Below, one piece after another: positions 46,415-56,320 of a stretch of DNA of 64,000 nt (its first letter is position 1; the number at the start of each line of letters is the position of its first letter). A program made the translations under genes and the position numbers. Source of the stretch: an archaeon (GTDB taxonomy: Archaea > Nanobdellota > Nanobdellia > Pacearchaeales > DTIR01). A model generated the notes under the pieces. It had not been told where the DNA came from. It saw nothing but the letters and a program-made list of their open reading frames with translations, and ran no database searches. The stretch is taken from NCBI GenBank assembly GCA_043808285.1, contig JAZDFA010000015.1:46085-110084 (forward strand). Reading direction: 5' to 3'.

Positions 46415-46887
46415 GAAGTTTTTTTATCTTTCTTGAGCTCAAGTACTATTTTTATATCCTTCTCTAATTTTACTGGAACGGGATAAGAAGGAATATTAAT
46501 TATTCTTCCTGCAACCCAGATATGCTTGTGAGTTATTAATTGTCTAGCCTGTTTTAGAGTTTTTGCTATGCCTTTTTTAAAGATTATTGTCTGTAATCTC
46601 CTTTCCAGTAGGTCTTCTTTCTTAAGTCCCAATACTTCGTCAATAGTCTTTACATTCAATCCATAATCTTGCATTTTTTCTAAAAACTTTTTCTGTTTAG
46701 AGGTATCTGATAAAATTGTCTTTGCCAAAGTCCTTAAATTATTCAGTTTGAACTCTATCTTCCATATCTCTCTCTTATTCTTTAATCCATATTGCTTCTC
46801 TAGTATATTTTCTTCAGCAATTCTATTCTTCTCGAACATCTTTCTGGGTCTTGCAAATCTTTTGTGTATTCTTCTTGGGTCTCCCAT
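46387..46887 (-). CDS. rps4: 30S ribosomal protein S4 (uS4)
   Basis: [19 protein letters not shown]... N-terminus. Confidence 0.85.
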   Translation of the reverse strand: MGDPRRIHKRFARPRKMFEKNRIAEENILEKQYGLKNKREIWKIEFKLNNLRTLAKTILSDTSKQKKFLEKMQDYGLNVKTIDEVLGLKKEDLLERRLQTIIFKKGIAKTLKQARQLITHKHIWVAGRIINIPSYPVPVKLEKDIKIVLELKKDKKTSKIEEVKEE

Positions 46888-46895
46888 TTTTGTTC

Positions 46896-47462
46896 CTACT
46901 TCTTACCTGCCTTTGCGGTTGCCTTTGCAGCAGGTGATGCTGCGGGCTTAGATTTTGTTTTGTGAACTCCTAATGATTTGCCAGAAGTCCTAAAGTGACT
47001 CTTTGTTCTTTGCCCTCTTACTGGCTGTCCTGAAGCGTGTCTCCAGCCCTTATAACTTCTTATCTTCTTCATATTCCTTATATCAAACTCCTTTTGAAGG
47101 TCTAAATCTGTTTTAATAAGATGCTTATCTACTCCGCTCTCAACATCTCTTCTCCTATTCATTATAAATACTGGTAGGGAAGGTTTTTTTAAGAATTCAG
47201 TTATTTTTTCTATCTCCGATTCAGTCAGAGAATTCATTTTCTTTTTTCCATCTAATTTAAGAAGATGACACATTGCATTTGAAATGCTCCAAGAGATCCC
47301 TTTTATCTTTGTAAGCCCGCAATAAATTGCTGATGTGGCCGGAATATCTGTAGCCATAATTCTAACTATGCCTGCTGCATAGATTTTTTCTTCTTTCTGC
47401 ATTTTATTCTGTCTCTCTTGCTTATTACTGTCTTGCCTTTCTTGCTTATCTTGTTTTTCCAT
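46896..47462 (-). CDS. rps13: 30S ribosomal protein S13 (uS13) with N-terminal extension
   Basis: ...[25 protein letters not shown]...; lysine-rich C-terminus. Confidence 0.85.
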   Translation of the reverse strand: MEKQDKQERQDSNKQERQNKMQKEEKIYAAGIVRIMATDIPATSAIYCGLTKIKGISWSISNAMCHLLKLDGKKKMNSLTESEIEKITEFLKKPSLPVFIMNRRRDVESGVDKHLIKTDLDLQKEFDIRNMKKIRSYKGWRHASGQPVRGQRTKSHFRTSGKSLGVHKTKSKPAASPAAKATAKAGKK

Positions 47463-47470
47463 TTTTTTGT

Positions 47471-48013
47471 TTATGCTACGAATAATCTGTACCTCTCAGA
47501 TTGTTCTAATTCTTTCAATATCCTTTTTTCTATTGCTTTTTTAGGATCTGGAAGATTGGGTATTCTTTTCTTTATATCTTCAAAATTTTCAAATAGGCTT
47601 TTTTCCCTTTCTTCAACTACTGCCTTGGTATGCTTTATTCCAAACCCGGGCAATAACTCAAGTTGATGTAACCTAGTATTTATCGGCTGAGCATTATTGA
47701 AAAAATCAACAAATTTTTTCTCTTCCTTATTAACAGCTTCTTCTACAAACTCTTGGAGCTGTAATTTTGCGGTCTCAGTAATCTTCTCTTTTGGGATTCT
47801 TCCAAAAATATAGTATATCTTATCCCTTTTACCTTCTCCAATATAAACCTCTTCCTTGAGTTGTAATGTAACTCCTCTTCTTGGAATAAGCTGCAGTAAT
47901 GTAAAATTTACTGTCCCTATAGCCTGGGCTAGGGGCATCATTTTTCCCTCTAAGGGATAACCATTCGGTAAAAAATCTAGTATTATCGCTTTTTCTTCTT
48001 TTTCCATGTTCAT
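47471..48013 (-). CDS. Conserved archaeal nucleic-acid-binding protein (COG1491/DUF655-like)
   Basis: Position downstream of rpoF and L21e matches the conserved archaeal L21e-RpoF-COG1491 neighbourhood; HhH-like C-terminus. Confidence 0.45.
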   Translation of the reverse strand: MNMEKEEKAIILDFLPNGYPLEGKMMPLAQAIGTVNFTLLQLIPRRGVTLQLKEEVYIGEGKRDKIYYIFGRIPKEKITETAKLQLQEFVEEAVNKEEKKFVDFFNNAQPINTRLHQLELLPGFGIKHTKAVVEEREKSLFENFEDIKKRIPNLPDPKKAIEKRILKELEQSERYRLFVA

Positions 48014-48324
48014 TAAAGGTATTTTTTAGTAACCTCAAGTATTTTGCTGATTTCATTTTCATCTAAACTAGCCTCTGAAAATATTTTTCTTACATCATCT
48101 GCATCTTCTGGGAGAATATCAATTATCTTGGCTATATTTTCTTGTTTGAGCTTTATTAATCCCATTCCTTCTAACTCCTGATTAAGTTTTTTTGAATCTA
48201 CTGATTTAATTTTTAAAAATTTTTTTGCATAATCTTTTACTTGATTTATCTTTTCTGTTTCTTCTTTCTCTGAGAGGATATCATTAACCTCTGAAATAGA
48301 CAATGGTTTTACTGATTTTATCAT
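48013..48324 (-). CDS. rpoF: DNA-directed RNA polymerase subunit F (Rpo4)
   Basis: ~100 aa acidic protein adjacent to L21e as in other archaea. Confidence 0.55.
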   Translation of the reverse strand: MIKSVKPLSISEVNDILSEKEETEKINQVKDYAKKFLKIKSVDSKKLNQELEGMGLIKLKQENIAKIIDILPEDADDVRKIFSEASLDENEISKILEVTKKYL

Positions 48325-48340
48325 TTTTTGGTTCCTTAAT

Positions 48341-48595
48341 TTATTTTTTAAGCTTTTTTAAATGTGCCGCTTCTGTTGTAAACTCTTTTTCTTTATTTCC
48401 TTGATTAAGCCTTACAACGTAACATTTTCCCCTCTTTCCAACAACTGTTCCACATAAACCTTGTATCCTTTTTGGAAAGTATGCTGGGAGTGTATAATCT
48501 TCAACTATTGCTACCTTATCTCCTTGTTTAAGCTCTTTAAAATAACTACTGAGGCTTAATTTTCCCCGTTTCCTTATTTGTTTTTGTCTTGACAT
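48341..48595 (-). CDS. rpl21e: 50S ribosomal protein L21e
   Basis: MSRQKQIRKRGKLS...KVAIVEDYTLP...GKRGKCYVV. Confidence 0.8.
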   Translation of the reverse strand: MSRQKQIRKRGKLSLSSYFKELKQGDKVAIVEDYTLPAYFPKRIQGLCGTVVGKRGKCYVVRLNQGNKEKEFTTEAAHLKKLKK

Positions 48596-48597
48596 TT

Positions 48598-48945
48598 TTA
48601 TATCTTTAATTTTGTTTCTGCTTCATTCAAAAGCTTTTCCATCACGCTTGCTAGTGCGCTATAAAGGTTATAGTCTTGCATTGAAGAACTTAATATTATC
48701 TCTTCTCCGCCTTCTCTATCCTTTAACAATATTACTTCAGCAGTTAATTCATTAAGGAAGCTTTTTCCATGTTCGTGCTGTTTGAGTCTTAATTTTAGCT
48801 CCTTATATCCTACCTTATCTGCCAATTTTCTAGCATAATTGCCTACTAACTTTTTTACTACTATCATCTCCATAGGAGATAGCTTAAAGTTGACGAGACT
48901 TATATTTCCGCCAAGCTTTTTTTCATCAAAATCGGCTTCCGTCAT
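48598..48945 (-). CDS. Hypothetical protein (conserved-cluster member, function not recognised)
   Basis: 115-aa ORF tightly packed (2-nt gap) upstream of L21e; no motif recognised. Confidence 0.3.
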   Translation of the reverse strand: MTEADFDEKKLGGNISLVNFKLSPMEMIVVKKLVGNYARKLADKVGYKELKLRLKQHEHGKSFLNELTAEVILLKDREGGEEIILSSSMQDYNLYSALASVMEKLLNEAETKLKI

Positions 48946-49140
48946 ATTAGTTATTCATTTGAAGGCTTTAAAAAGCTTTTTATCTCTATTTTCTTAAGTA
49001 TTTCTACCACCCCCAATCCTATCAATCTACCCTTAAATTTATAATAAATGAAAACAACCTATCCTAAAAAACAGAGTTATGCTGGGTAAATGGCTCTTTT
49101 GGAGGTTTCTTTCAAATAAGGGAGAACTACACAAAACATC

Positions 49141-49959
49141 TTATAATGAATCTAGAGGCGTATTAATCTTGCTCATCCATTCTATTAAAATTGAAGGAGA
49201 CATCGAAGAATTTGAGCTATTTAAGTCAAGCAAAAACTCCCGAATATTGTCAATATTTACCCCAGACCCTGAAAGGTGTGCTGCAAAACTGCTTCTTAGG
49301 GTATTGGGAGTCACCTTTTTTGATATTCCTGCTTTTTTTGCTGCATTTTTTATTAATTTTTGGATATTGCGGGCTGTAAGCTTCCCCTTATAGCCTGCAA
49401 ATACAAAATCTTGAGGGTTTTTGCATTCAATGTATTTTTTGAGGCTGTCGGTTATCCTCTGAGGGAGTATAAATGAGATACTCCTCTTTTCATCTCCATT
49501 TCTTACAGTGCCAATTCTGTCTTCAATATTCAAATCTTCTTTCTTAAGATTAACAAGCTGTCCCACTTTCAGCCCGCAACCGTAAAGCAGTCCGATTACC
49601 AATGCAGTCTTTTCCAAAGAAAGTTCAATCATCCTCTTCACTTCCTCTTTTTCTAAAAACTCCCGATCTTTATGCTCTTTTTTTGGCATTCTTATCTCAA
49701 AAAATAGTTCTTTATTCAAAATCTTGTCATAATAAAATCTTAATGAGGAAATCGCAAGTGCTACAGTATTTCTGGATTTTTTTTCAGATAGATGATCTAC
49801 ATATTTTTTTATGTCTTCTGCCTCTACTTCTTGGGCAGTTTTGCCCGTGAATTCTATAAATCTGGAATTAAAAAAGACATAAGAAGCAATCGTCTTATCG
49901 CTAGCACCATTAGACTTAAGTTTTTCAGTGAGCTTTTGAATTGGATTTTCAGTTTCCAT
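49141..49959 (-). CDS. Tyrosine recombinase / integrase (XerA-like)
   Basis: N-terminal SAM-like core-binding domain, C-terminal catalytic region ...NTLRSSFAAHL. Confidence 0.7.
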   Translation of the reverse strand: METENPIQKLTEKLKSNGASDKTIASYVFFNSRFIEFTGKTAQEVEAEDIKKYVDHLSEKKSRNTVALAISSLRFYYDKILNKELFFEIRMPKKEHKDREFLEKEEVKRMIELSLEKTALVIGLLYGCGLKVGQLVNLKKEDLNIEDRIGTVRNGDEKRSISFILPQRITDSLKKYIECKNPQDFVFAGYKGKLTARNIQKLIKNAAKKAGISKKVTPNTLRSSFAAHLSGSGVNIDNIREFLLDLNSSNSSMSPSILIEWMSKINTPLDSL

Positions 49960-50000
49960 TTTTTTGATTAAATAACACTCTCTTATAAAAAATATCCCGT

Positions 50001-50765
50001 TTATCTCTTCTTTCTAGTCTTTTGTTTAGTTTTTTGTTTAATCTCTGGAAGTTTTTTTTGGAGGATTTTAGAAATAATGAGTAATATCAACCCCACCCCT
50101 AAAGAAATGCAGCATAGAATAAAGAAATAGTCTAAAAAGGAAGAGACAAATAAATCTAAACCGCTAAATTGAGTCTTAGAAAGATTAGACAAAATTTTAG
50201 GCTTAACAAAAAAGCCTAAAGAGGATAACCCATTCAATAAGAATATCCAAGAAATTTTTCTGATTTTTAAGAGGGGTGAAAAAAAAAGAAGTAGCAATAT
50301 CAAAACTGCAAGAAGTATATAACTTAATTTTAGCGTTACATCCTGACATTTTTTTGAGAATAAAAATGAAGAATTAAATGAATTCTTAAAGCAATCAAAA
50401 AATACACATTCATACTCTGTATAATACAATTTCTCAAACATAGATTCTGAGATAAATTTATTTATTCCTCCCTTTCCTGCTGTTTTTAACTCCTTGCAGT
50501 TTATCTGCAGGAAATCATCTCCAGATTTACTTAATGGCAAATTAATCTCTTCTTTTCCATCGCAAATCTGTTCTAATTCAGTATACTGGCTGCTTAGGTC
50601 TGCTTCACCATTCATAGATGCCAAAAATAATTGGGTTAATGAAGGTTTTAAGACTTCTTCACTAATAGAATTTGCAAATGAAAAAGAGAAGATAAAAGAG
50701 GAAAGTAAGAATAAAGACAAAGAGATTACTAAAAAAGAAATTAACCCCTTGATTATGCCAGCCAT
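50001..50765 (-). CDS. Hypothetical membrane protein (N-terminal TM, Cys-containing ectodomain, C-terminal TMs)
   Basis: Hydrophobicity pattern only. Confidence 0.3.
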   Translation of the reverse strand: MAGIIKGLISFLVISLSLFLLSSFIFSFSFANSISEEVLKPSLTQLFLASMNGEADLSSQYTELEQICDGKEEINLPLSKSGDDFLQINCKELKTAGKGGINKFISESMFEKLYYTEYECVFFDCFKNSFNSSFLFSKKCQDVTLKLSYILLAVLILLLLFFSPLLKIRKISWIFLLNGLSSLGFFVKPKILSNLSKTQFSGLDLFVSSFLDYFFILCCISLGVGLILLIISKILQKKLPEIKQKTKQKTRKKR

Positions 50766-50828
50766 TAGATTATAGAATACTCTTGCTATTTTATAAATAT
50801 TTATAACATACTAATTTCTGTAGATGAC

Positions 50829-51464
50829 ATGAAAATAGTAGTTGATTCAAGAGAGAAAAACAGTATGGTAATAGCTAATCTTATTGAGCAAAAACAAGAA
50901 ATAGAGATAAAAACATTGGAGATCGGAGATTATATAATCGGAGACATAGCAATTGAGAGAAAAACTATCCAAGATTTTATTTCTTCAACTATCAATAAAA
51001 GACTTTCAGCACAGCTTGAAAATCTTAAAAAGTATAAAAGAAAAATCCTAATTTTAGAAGGTTTTGACTATAATCGAGAGATATCTGGGATGCACCCCAA
51101 TGCAATAAGAGGCATGTTCCTTTCTATAGAATTAGATTATGATACTCCGATTATATTTGTGAAAGATGATGAAGAAACTGCCAAATATCTTATATTGCTT
51201 GCAAAAAGGTTTGAAAAAACAAAAGTTTATTCTCTAAATCCTAAAAGAACTTCCAGGAATTTAAAGCAGCAGCAGCAATTTGTTTTAGAAGGATTCCCAG
51301 GCATAGGACCAGTTATTGCAAAATCTTTATTGAAAGAATTCAAAACTTTAAAGAATATTATTAATGCAGATTTAGACAAATTAACTGGCAGTAAAAAAAT
51401 TACCGAGTCTGTTGCAAAAGAAATGAAAAGAATCTTAGATTCTCAATATTCTAAATTAGACTAA
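50829..51464 (+). CDS. ERCC4-type nuclease (short archaeal XPF-like) with C-terminal HhH2
   Basis: IVVDSREK...GDYIIGDIAIERKTIQDF (GDXnERKX3D nuclease motif); C-terminal HhH-like GFPGIGPVIAKSLL. Confidence 0.7.
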   Translation: MKIVVDSREKNSMVIANLIEQKQEIEIKTLEIGDYIIGDIAIERKTIQDFISSTINKRLSAQLENLKKYKRKILILEGFDYNREISGMHPNAIRGMFLSIELDYDTPIIFVKDDEETAKYLILLAKRFEKTKVYSLNPKRTSRNLKQQQQFVLEGFPGIGPVIAKSLLKEFKTLKNIINADLDKLTGSKKITESVAKEMKRILDSQYSKLD

Positions 51465-51984
51465 ATCTGGATATTTCTTCATAAATTGGTCCTTTTTTTG
51501 TAAGCGCAGATTTCATTAATGAAAAATAGTTCACTTCAAATTCCTTCTTGATTATCTCTATTTTTTTGAATTCATCAAAAAAATCTGAATACTTTTTAAA
51601 AGACGTTGCCCTAAAAAGAGTTATATGAGATTCAAATCTATTATCGATACTGAAGTTTTTCTTTAGCTGATTTTTTATTAAAGTATTTAATTCTTTGAAA
51701 TTTTCTTTTGGCTCTAGAGAAATCCATATTACTCTAACTTCTCTTTCAGATGGAAAAAATCCGAAATTTCCTAAAGAAGCCTTGAGGGGAGAATATTTTA
51801 TTTCTTTAAGAGAAGAGATACATTTTTCTTTCATCTCCTCACTTATCTCTCCAAGAAAAGCCAAAGTCAAATGCAAATTATCTTTTTTTACAATATTTAA
51901 TCCTGCTAAAGAGATTAAAGATTGAATTCTTGCAGCTTCTTCTTTTATTGTATCTGGAAGATTTATAGATATAAAGCATCTCAT
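51451..51984 (-). CDS. RNA 2',3'-cyclic phosphodiesterase / 2'-5' RNA ligase (LigT/ThpR family)
   Basis: Two HxT/Sx motifs (HLTLAFLGE and HITLFRA). Confidence 0.75.
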   Translation of the reverse strand: MRCFISINLPDTIKEEAARIQSLISLAGLNIVKKDNLHLTLAFLGEISEEMKEKCISSLKEIKYSPLKASLGNFGFFPSEREVRVIWISLEPKENFKELNTLIKNQLKKNFSIDNRFESHITLFRATSFKKYSDFFDEFKKIEIIKKEFEVNYFSLMKSALTKKGPIYEEISRFSLI

Positions 51985-52586
51985 TTCATTACTTCTTGCT
52001 TATAGATTATGTATTTGTATTTGAGTCCTACTTTCTTACCATTATCCAACCAGAAAAGGATAAATAACCCAATGAGGGATAATGCTCCAACAATTATGAA
52101 GATATTCTTAAAGCCGATTATAATTGTTAATTGTGCTCCAAAAAATGCAGCTAGTGCAGTTCCTAGGCCAACAAATGTTTCATAAAAGGCCCATTCAAAA
52201 CTTTCTCTATTCTTATCTAAATTTGAGCTGAAAAGTCCCATCCAAGTTGGATAAGCCATTGCTGCCCCTATTCCATGGATGATCTGTGCAAGGTAAATAT
52301 GGTAGATATTGTTTGAAAAAAAGAACAAAAATGGAACTAAGGTTAAGAAAAAAGAACCTAAAATAAGCAGAAAAACCCTGCTTTCATACTTGTCTGCATA
52401 AGATGCAAATGGAACTTGAAACAAAGATTTTGTCACTAAGAATAATGTGCTTGCAATTCCTACTGCTGCAATGTTGCCCCCAGACAAAGAGTCATTTATA
52501 AAAATTGCAAAAATAGGGTCTATTAAACCAAATCCTGTAATTACAAATATATCTGAGAATATTAATAGTTTTATTGTGCGATTCAT
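51981..52586 (-). CDS. MFS-like 6-TM membrane protein (half-size)
   Basis: Six hydrophobic segments; 201 aa. Confidence 0.35.
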   Translation of the reverse strand: MNRTIKLLIFSDIFVITGFGLIDPIFAIFINDSLSGGNIAAVGIASTLFLVTKSLFQVPFASYADKYESRVFLLILGSFFLTLVPFLFFFSNNIYHIYLAQIIHGIGAAMAYPTWMGLFSSNLDKNRESFEWAFYETFVGLGTALAAFFGAQLTIIIGFKNIFIIVGALSLIGLFILFWLDNGKKVGLKYKYIIYKQEVMK

Positions 52587-52629
52587 AAAAAAGAATAATA
52601 GATGGGCTTACTTAAAGGTTTTTATGATA

Positions 52630-53319
52630 TTACTGCATTTCAGATACTGCTTTTGCAATAAGCTTAAATGTAGATTCAGATGGGTCATTTCCTTCTCCGA
52701 TTCCACATATCTCTATGACTGGAGGATTTAACAACCTAATTCTTTGCAAAAGATAAATTAGATCCCTAAAAGACAATCCTCCAGGTTCTGGATTAAAAAT
52801 CAATGGAGCGAAAGCAGGATCAAGAACATTTAGATTAACAGAAACATGCACTAGACTAAATTGCCTAGTCATCTCAATTAAGTCATCTGATTCTTCCTCT
52901 AAATTCATGAATATATCTTTGTAGGAAAAGAGATTCACATTTTTCTCTTTTAAAAAAGAAAGGTCATTTTTAGAAAAACTTCTCGTGCAAACAATAAATA
53001 TCTGTCTTGGATTAAATCCTAGGTTTATCAATTCTGTTGCTTTTTTATAAGTTGCATCAAATAAGATGATGCAATTCCTATTATTTATTTCTAAAAAAGA
53101 GGGAGATATCTCTTCGATTATAGATGATTCACTACCTATGAAGATAGAAGGCTCTTCAAAAGAATTCCATTTTAGATTCTTGAGAAATTTTCTCTCTTTA
53201 AAAGAGATATTTTTGCCAGATTCATTACAAGAAATAAGTTTCAAATAATGAATTATCCTAGAGTAATTATTATTCTTCTCTTTATTCTTCTCCTCCGAAA
53301 GAAGGTCTATGAGTATCAT
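52630..53319 (-). CDS. Arginase/agmatinase/formiminoglutamase family protein
   Basis: C-terminal ...SVNLNVLDPAFAP...EPGGLSFRDL ureohydrolase-like motifs. Start trimmed to an internal Met to avoid a 92-nt overlap with uppS. Confidence 0.45.
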   Translation of the reverse strand: MILIDLLSEEKNKEKNNNYSRIIHYLKLISCNESGKNISFKERKFLKNLKWNSFEEPSIFIGSESSIIEEISPSFLEINNRNCIILFDATYKKATELINLGFNPRQIFIVCTRSFSKNDLSFLKEKNVNLFSYKDIFMNLEEESDDLIEMTRQFSLVHVSVNLNVLDPAFAPLIFNPEPGGLSFRDLIYLLQRIRLLNPPVIEICGIGEGNDPSESTFKLIAKAVSEMQ

Positions 53320-53320
53320 T

Positions 53321-54028
53321 TTATTTGCCAAATCTTCTTTGTCTATTTGAAAATTCTTCAAGAACCTTAACAAAATCATCTTTTGTAAGTTCTGGGAAAA
53401 GTTTATCTTCAAGAAAAATCATCTCTGAATAAGTAGATTGCCAGGTCATAAATCCTGACACCCTCTGTTCAGAAGTCCTTATAATCAAGTCTACATCAGG
53501 CAATTGAGCATAAAGATTACTTGAAAAAATAGACTCATTTATTTCTGCTAAAGAAAGTTTTCCCTCTTTTACTTTTTTTGCGATTTTTCTTGTCGCCTCA
53601 AGTATCTCCTCTCTACCACAATATGCTATTGCTAGATTAAGATAATAATCTGAATGTTTCTTTGTTGCTTCTTCTAGCTTAGATATCAAAGATTGCATAT
53701 CTTTTGACAAAGAATCTTTTTTACCCAATACCCTTACTCTAACCTCTTTCTTCATTACATCGCTGTCTTTTTCAAGCATGCTGTTTAATTTTCTTTTTAA
53801 TATCCCTAAAAGAAAAGTAACCTCTGAGGGGGGTCTTGATAAATTTTCTGTAGAAAGAACATAGATAGTAATCATCTTTATTCCAAACTCTTGGCACCAT
53901 TGTATAATATCTTCTATTCTCTTTAGCCCTTCTTCATGTCCCTTCCAAGGCTTCAGATTTCTTAATTTAGCCCACCTTCTGTTCCCATCCGGTATAATCC
54001 CTAAATGTTTAGGTAAATTTGATAACAT
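53321..54028 (-). CDS. uppS: cis-Prenyltransferase (undecaprenyl/dehydrodolichyl diphosphate synthase)
   Basis: HLGIIPDGNRRWAK...; ...RTSEQRVSGFMTWQSTYSE... Confidence 0.85.
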   Translation of the reverse strand: MLSNLPKHLGIIPDGNRRWAKLRNLKPWKGHEEGLKRIEDIIQWCQEFGIKMITIYVLSTENLSRPPSEVTFLLGILKRKLNSMLEKDSDVMKKEVRVRVLGKKDSLSKDMQSLISKLEEATKKHSDYYLNLAIAYCGREEILEATRKIAKKVKEGKLSLAEINESIFSSNLYAQLPDVDLIIRTSEQRVSGFMTWQSTYSEMIFLEDKLFPELTKDDFVKVLEEFSNRQRRFGK

Positions 54029-54135
54029 AGATAATCTTAAAATAAATGTTATTTAAATCTTTTCGGTTGAATTTTTGTATGGAAAAGCTTATATATTTAT
54101 TTTATAATAATTCAGAAATAGAAAGGGGGGGAAAA

Positions 54136-54555
54136 ATGGGAAGCTGCCTTGACTTAAGAAAATATGTAAATGACCAAAGAACATTTGATGCTTTTTCTCA
54201 GTTAGTAAGTGGTGGCAAGGCTAATTACAAGACAGTTATTGAAAGAAAAAAAGAAATTCCAAGATGTAGCAAATGTGGAATTGAATTAGAAGGTATCGAG
54301 AAGTTCTGCCCAGAATGTGGAGAAAAAACTTCCTGGCAAAAGAAATCAGAAGAGCCAAAAATACTGCTTACAACTACCGAACTAGAAACACAATTTAAAT
54401 GCGGTCAAAAAAAAGATCCAGACGTGCTGGCATATTTAAGAGATGAACTAAAAATTACAGAATCAACTGCATTTGAGCTTATTGAAAAATGGAGAAAAGA
54501 GTCTCTACAAAAAGAGAGTATAACTGAAATAGATTTAAATCAATTCAAGGGTTAA
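54136..54555 (+). CDS. Zinc-ribbon protein, hypothetical
   Basis: CSKCG...CPECG zinc ribbon. Start placed at the MGSCLD Met preceded by a G-rich RBS-like run. Confidence 0.35.
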   Translation: MGSCLDLRKYVNDQRTFDAFSQLVSGGKANYKTVIERKKEIPRCSKCGIELEGIEKFCPECGEKTSWQKKSEEPKILLTTTELETQFKCGQKKDPDVLAYLRDELKITESTAFELIEKWRKESLQKESITEIDLNQFKG

Positions 54556-55364
54556 GAAGAAAGAAACTTCTTTAGTTTAGGAATCATTTTCTCTGCTTCT
54601 TTTCTTCCTGCCTCTATTAGTTCTTTTGCCTTGTAAAATTCTAAAGAACCAGTCCTAGGAATTTTGGGTTTTATTATAAATTCTCTTTTTCTTTTTCTCC
54701 TCATGGATAGTTTCGCCATATTCCTCTGCATTATTACTATAGAATCCTCAATTATATCCAAGATATTCTGATGGACAATTCCTTTTTCAGTCTTGATATG
54801 CTCCATTCTTGCAAGAACATCTATTACTATAATCTTTTTTGCATACTTGCTTGCAATGTCTACTGGTACTGGGTCTACTATCCCCCCATCAACAAGTATC
54901 ATCCCCTTATTATGTATTGGAACAAATATTCCCGGAATAGATATAGAACTCCTTATTGCATCTACTAAGCTTCCCTTGCCAATTATTACTGTTTTTCCAG
55001 TTTCTAGGTCTGCTGAAACAGCTATAAAAGGCATACTCAAATCTTCTATCTTTTTGTTATCTGTAAATTTTGAAATCATTGAGGTAATGCTATTCCCCCT
55101 ACTTAATCCTTCCATACTGGGTTTTTCTATGAACATTTTAAAAACATCTCTTTTATTTAATGAAAGGAATTTTTTCTTTAGTTCTCTGAGGTTCCCGCTA
55201 AGATATGCCCCTCCGACTAATGCACCCATGCTTGTACCAATTATCATATCTATAGGGATTTTTTCTTTTTCAAAGACTTCTAAGACACCTATATGTGCAA
55301 GTCCTCTAGCACCACCACCACTCAAAACCAAAGCGATCTCTTTCTTGAATAATGGAGATTTCAT
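54552..55364 (-). CDS. Patatin-like phospholipase
   Basis: LVLSGGGARGLAHIGVL and GTSMGA (GxSxG) motifs. Confidence 0.8.
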   Translation of the reverse strand: MKSPLFKKEIALVLSGGGARGLAHIGVLEVFEKEKIPIDMIIGTSMGALVGGAYLSGNLRELKKKFLSLNKRDVFKMFIEKPSMEGLSRGNSITSMISKFTDNKKIEDLSMPFIAVSADLETGKTVIIGKGSLVDAIRSSISIPGIFVPIHNKGMILVDGGIVDPVPVDIASKYAKKIIVIDVLARMEHIKTEKGIVHQNILDIIEDSIVIMQRNMAKLSMRRKRKREFIIKPKIPRTGSLEFYKAKELIEAGRKEAEKMIPKLKKFLSS

Positions 55365-55414
55365 GATAGTTATTAAACAACAACTCTTTTAAATTTTGTT
55401 TATTCAAAGATAAT

Positions 55415-56320
55415 ATGGTTGTAAATGCCACGCCCGCATATCAAACAGCTGAAAAACAATATTTGATTGCGAAAAGTACTGAAGAGAAGATAAATGCAGT
55501 GAAAAATATGATCACCTTATGCCCAAAGCATAAAGGCAGTGAAAAGATGCTTGCAGCATTAAAAAAAAGGCTTGCGAGGCTAAAAGAAGAAATTCTAAAA
55601 GAAAAAGAGGTAAGAAAAAGAAGGGGGCATAACCTCAATATAAAAAAAGAGCAAGATGCTCAGGTAGTAATGATCGGCATGGCTAATTCTGGAAAATCTA
55701 CTATTCTTTCAAAAATAACAAATGCTTCCCCTCAAATTTCAGAGTTACCATATACTACCTTCAAACCAGAAATAGGAACTTTGGAAATGGGCTGCAAGAT
55801 ACAAATAATAGAAGTGCCTTCTTTAAAACCGGGGGCAGATAACAAAGAATTGCTTTCTCTTGCTGAAACAGCAGATTTGATTCTTGCAGTTGTTTCAAGT
55901 ATAGAAGATCTAAAATTTATTGGGGAAGAACTAAAGCAGCACGATAACAAGGTGCTTGTAATCAATAAAAAAGACATAATCAAAGAAGAGAAATTAAAGA
56001 TGTTATTAAACATGAAAAATTCTATTGCAATCTCTGCAAAAAATGAAGAAGGTATTAAAGAACTTAAGCAAAAAATTTTTGACAGCCTATGCATAATGAG
56101 AGTTTATACCAAAGAGCCCGGCAAAAAACAAACCTTAGAACCATTAGTATTGAAAAAAGGAAAATGTATAGAGGATGTATCAAGAAAAATAAGGCAAGAT
56201 TATGTAAAAAGATTTGTTTATGCTAGGGTTTGGGGAGACAGTGCAAAGTTTGCAGGTCAAAAGGTAGGAATAAAACATATTCTTAAAGACAAAGATGTTA
56301 TAGAAATTCATCTAGACTGA
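55415..56320 (+). CDS. OBG/DRG-family GTPase with C-terminal TGS domain
   Basis: G1 MIGMANSGKST, ...YTTFKPE...; C-terminal TGS-like region. Confidence 0.65.
   Translation: MVVNATPAYQTAEKQYLIAKSTEEKINAVKNMITLCPKHKGSEKMLAALKKRLARLKEEILKEKEVRKRRGHNLNIKKEQDAQVVMIGMANSGKSTILSKITNASPQISELPYTTFKPEIGTLEMGCKIQIIEVPSLKPGADNKELLSLAETADLILAVVSSIEDLKFIGEELKQHDNKVLVINKKDIIKEEKLKMLLNMKNSIAISAKNEEGIKELKQKIFDSLCIMRVYTKEPGKKQTLEPLVLKKGKCIEDVSRKIRQDYVKRFVYARVWGDSAKFAGQKVGIKHILKDKDVIEIHLD

Noticed and set aside
46896-47462. Possible mis-annotated N-terminal extension of S13 (about 40 extra residues rich in Q/E/K).
   Set aside because: It could be real low-complexity extension or an upstream in-frame start. The start site cannot be decided from sequence alone, so the track ORF was kept.
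49141-51464. Integrase-associated mobile element / genomic island (integrase, membrane protein, XPF nuclease).
   Set aside because: The integrase looks like a chromosomal XerA-type recombinase. No flanking direct repeats or tRNA-3' duplication were seen. Neighbouring genes (XPF, LigT) are housekeeping, and the adjacent tRNA-Leu is 4 kb away with ribosomal genes in between.
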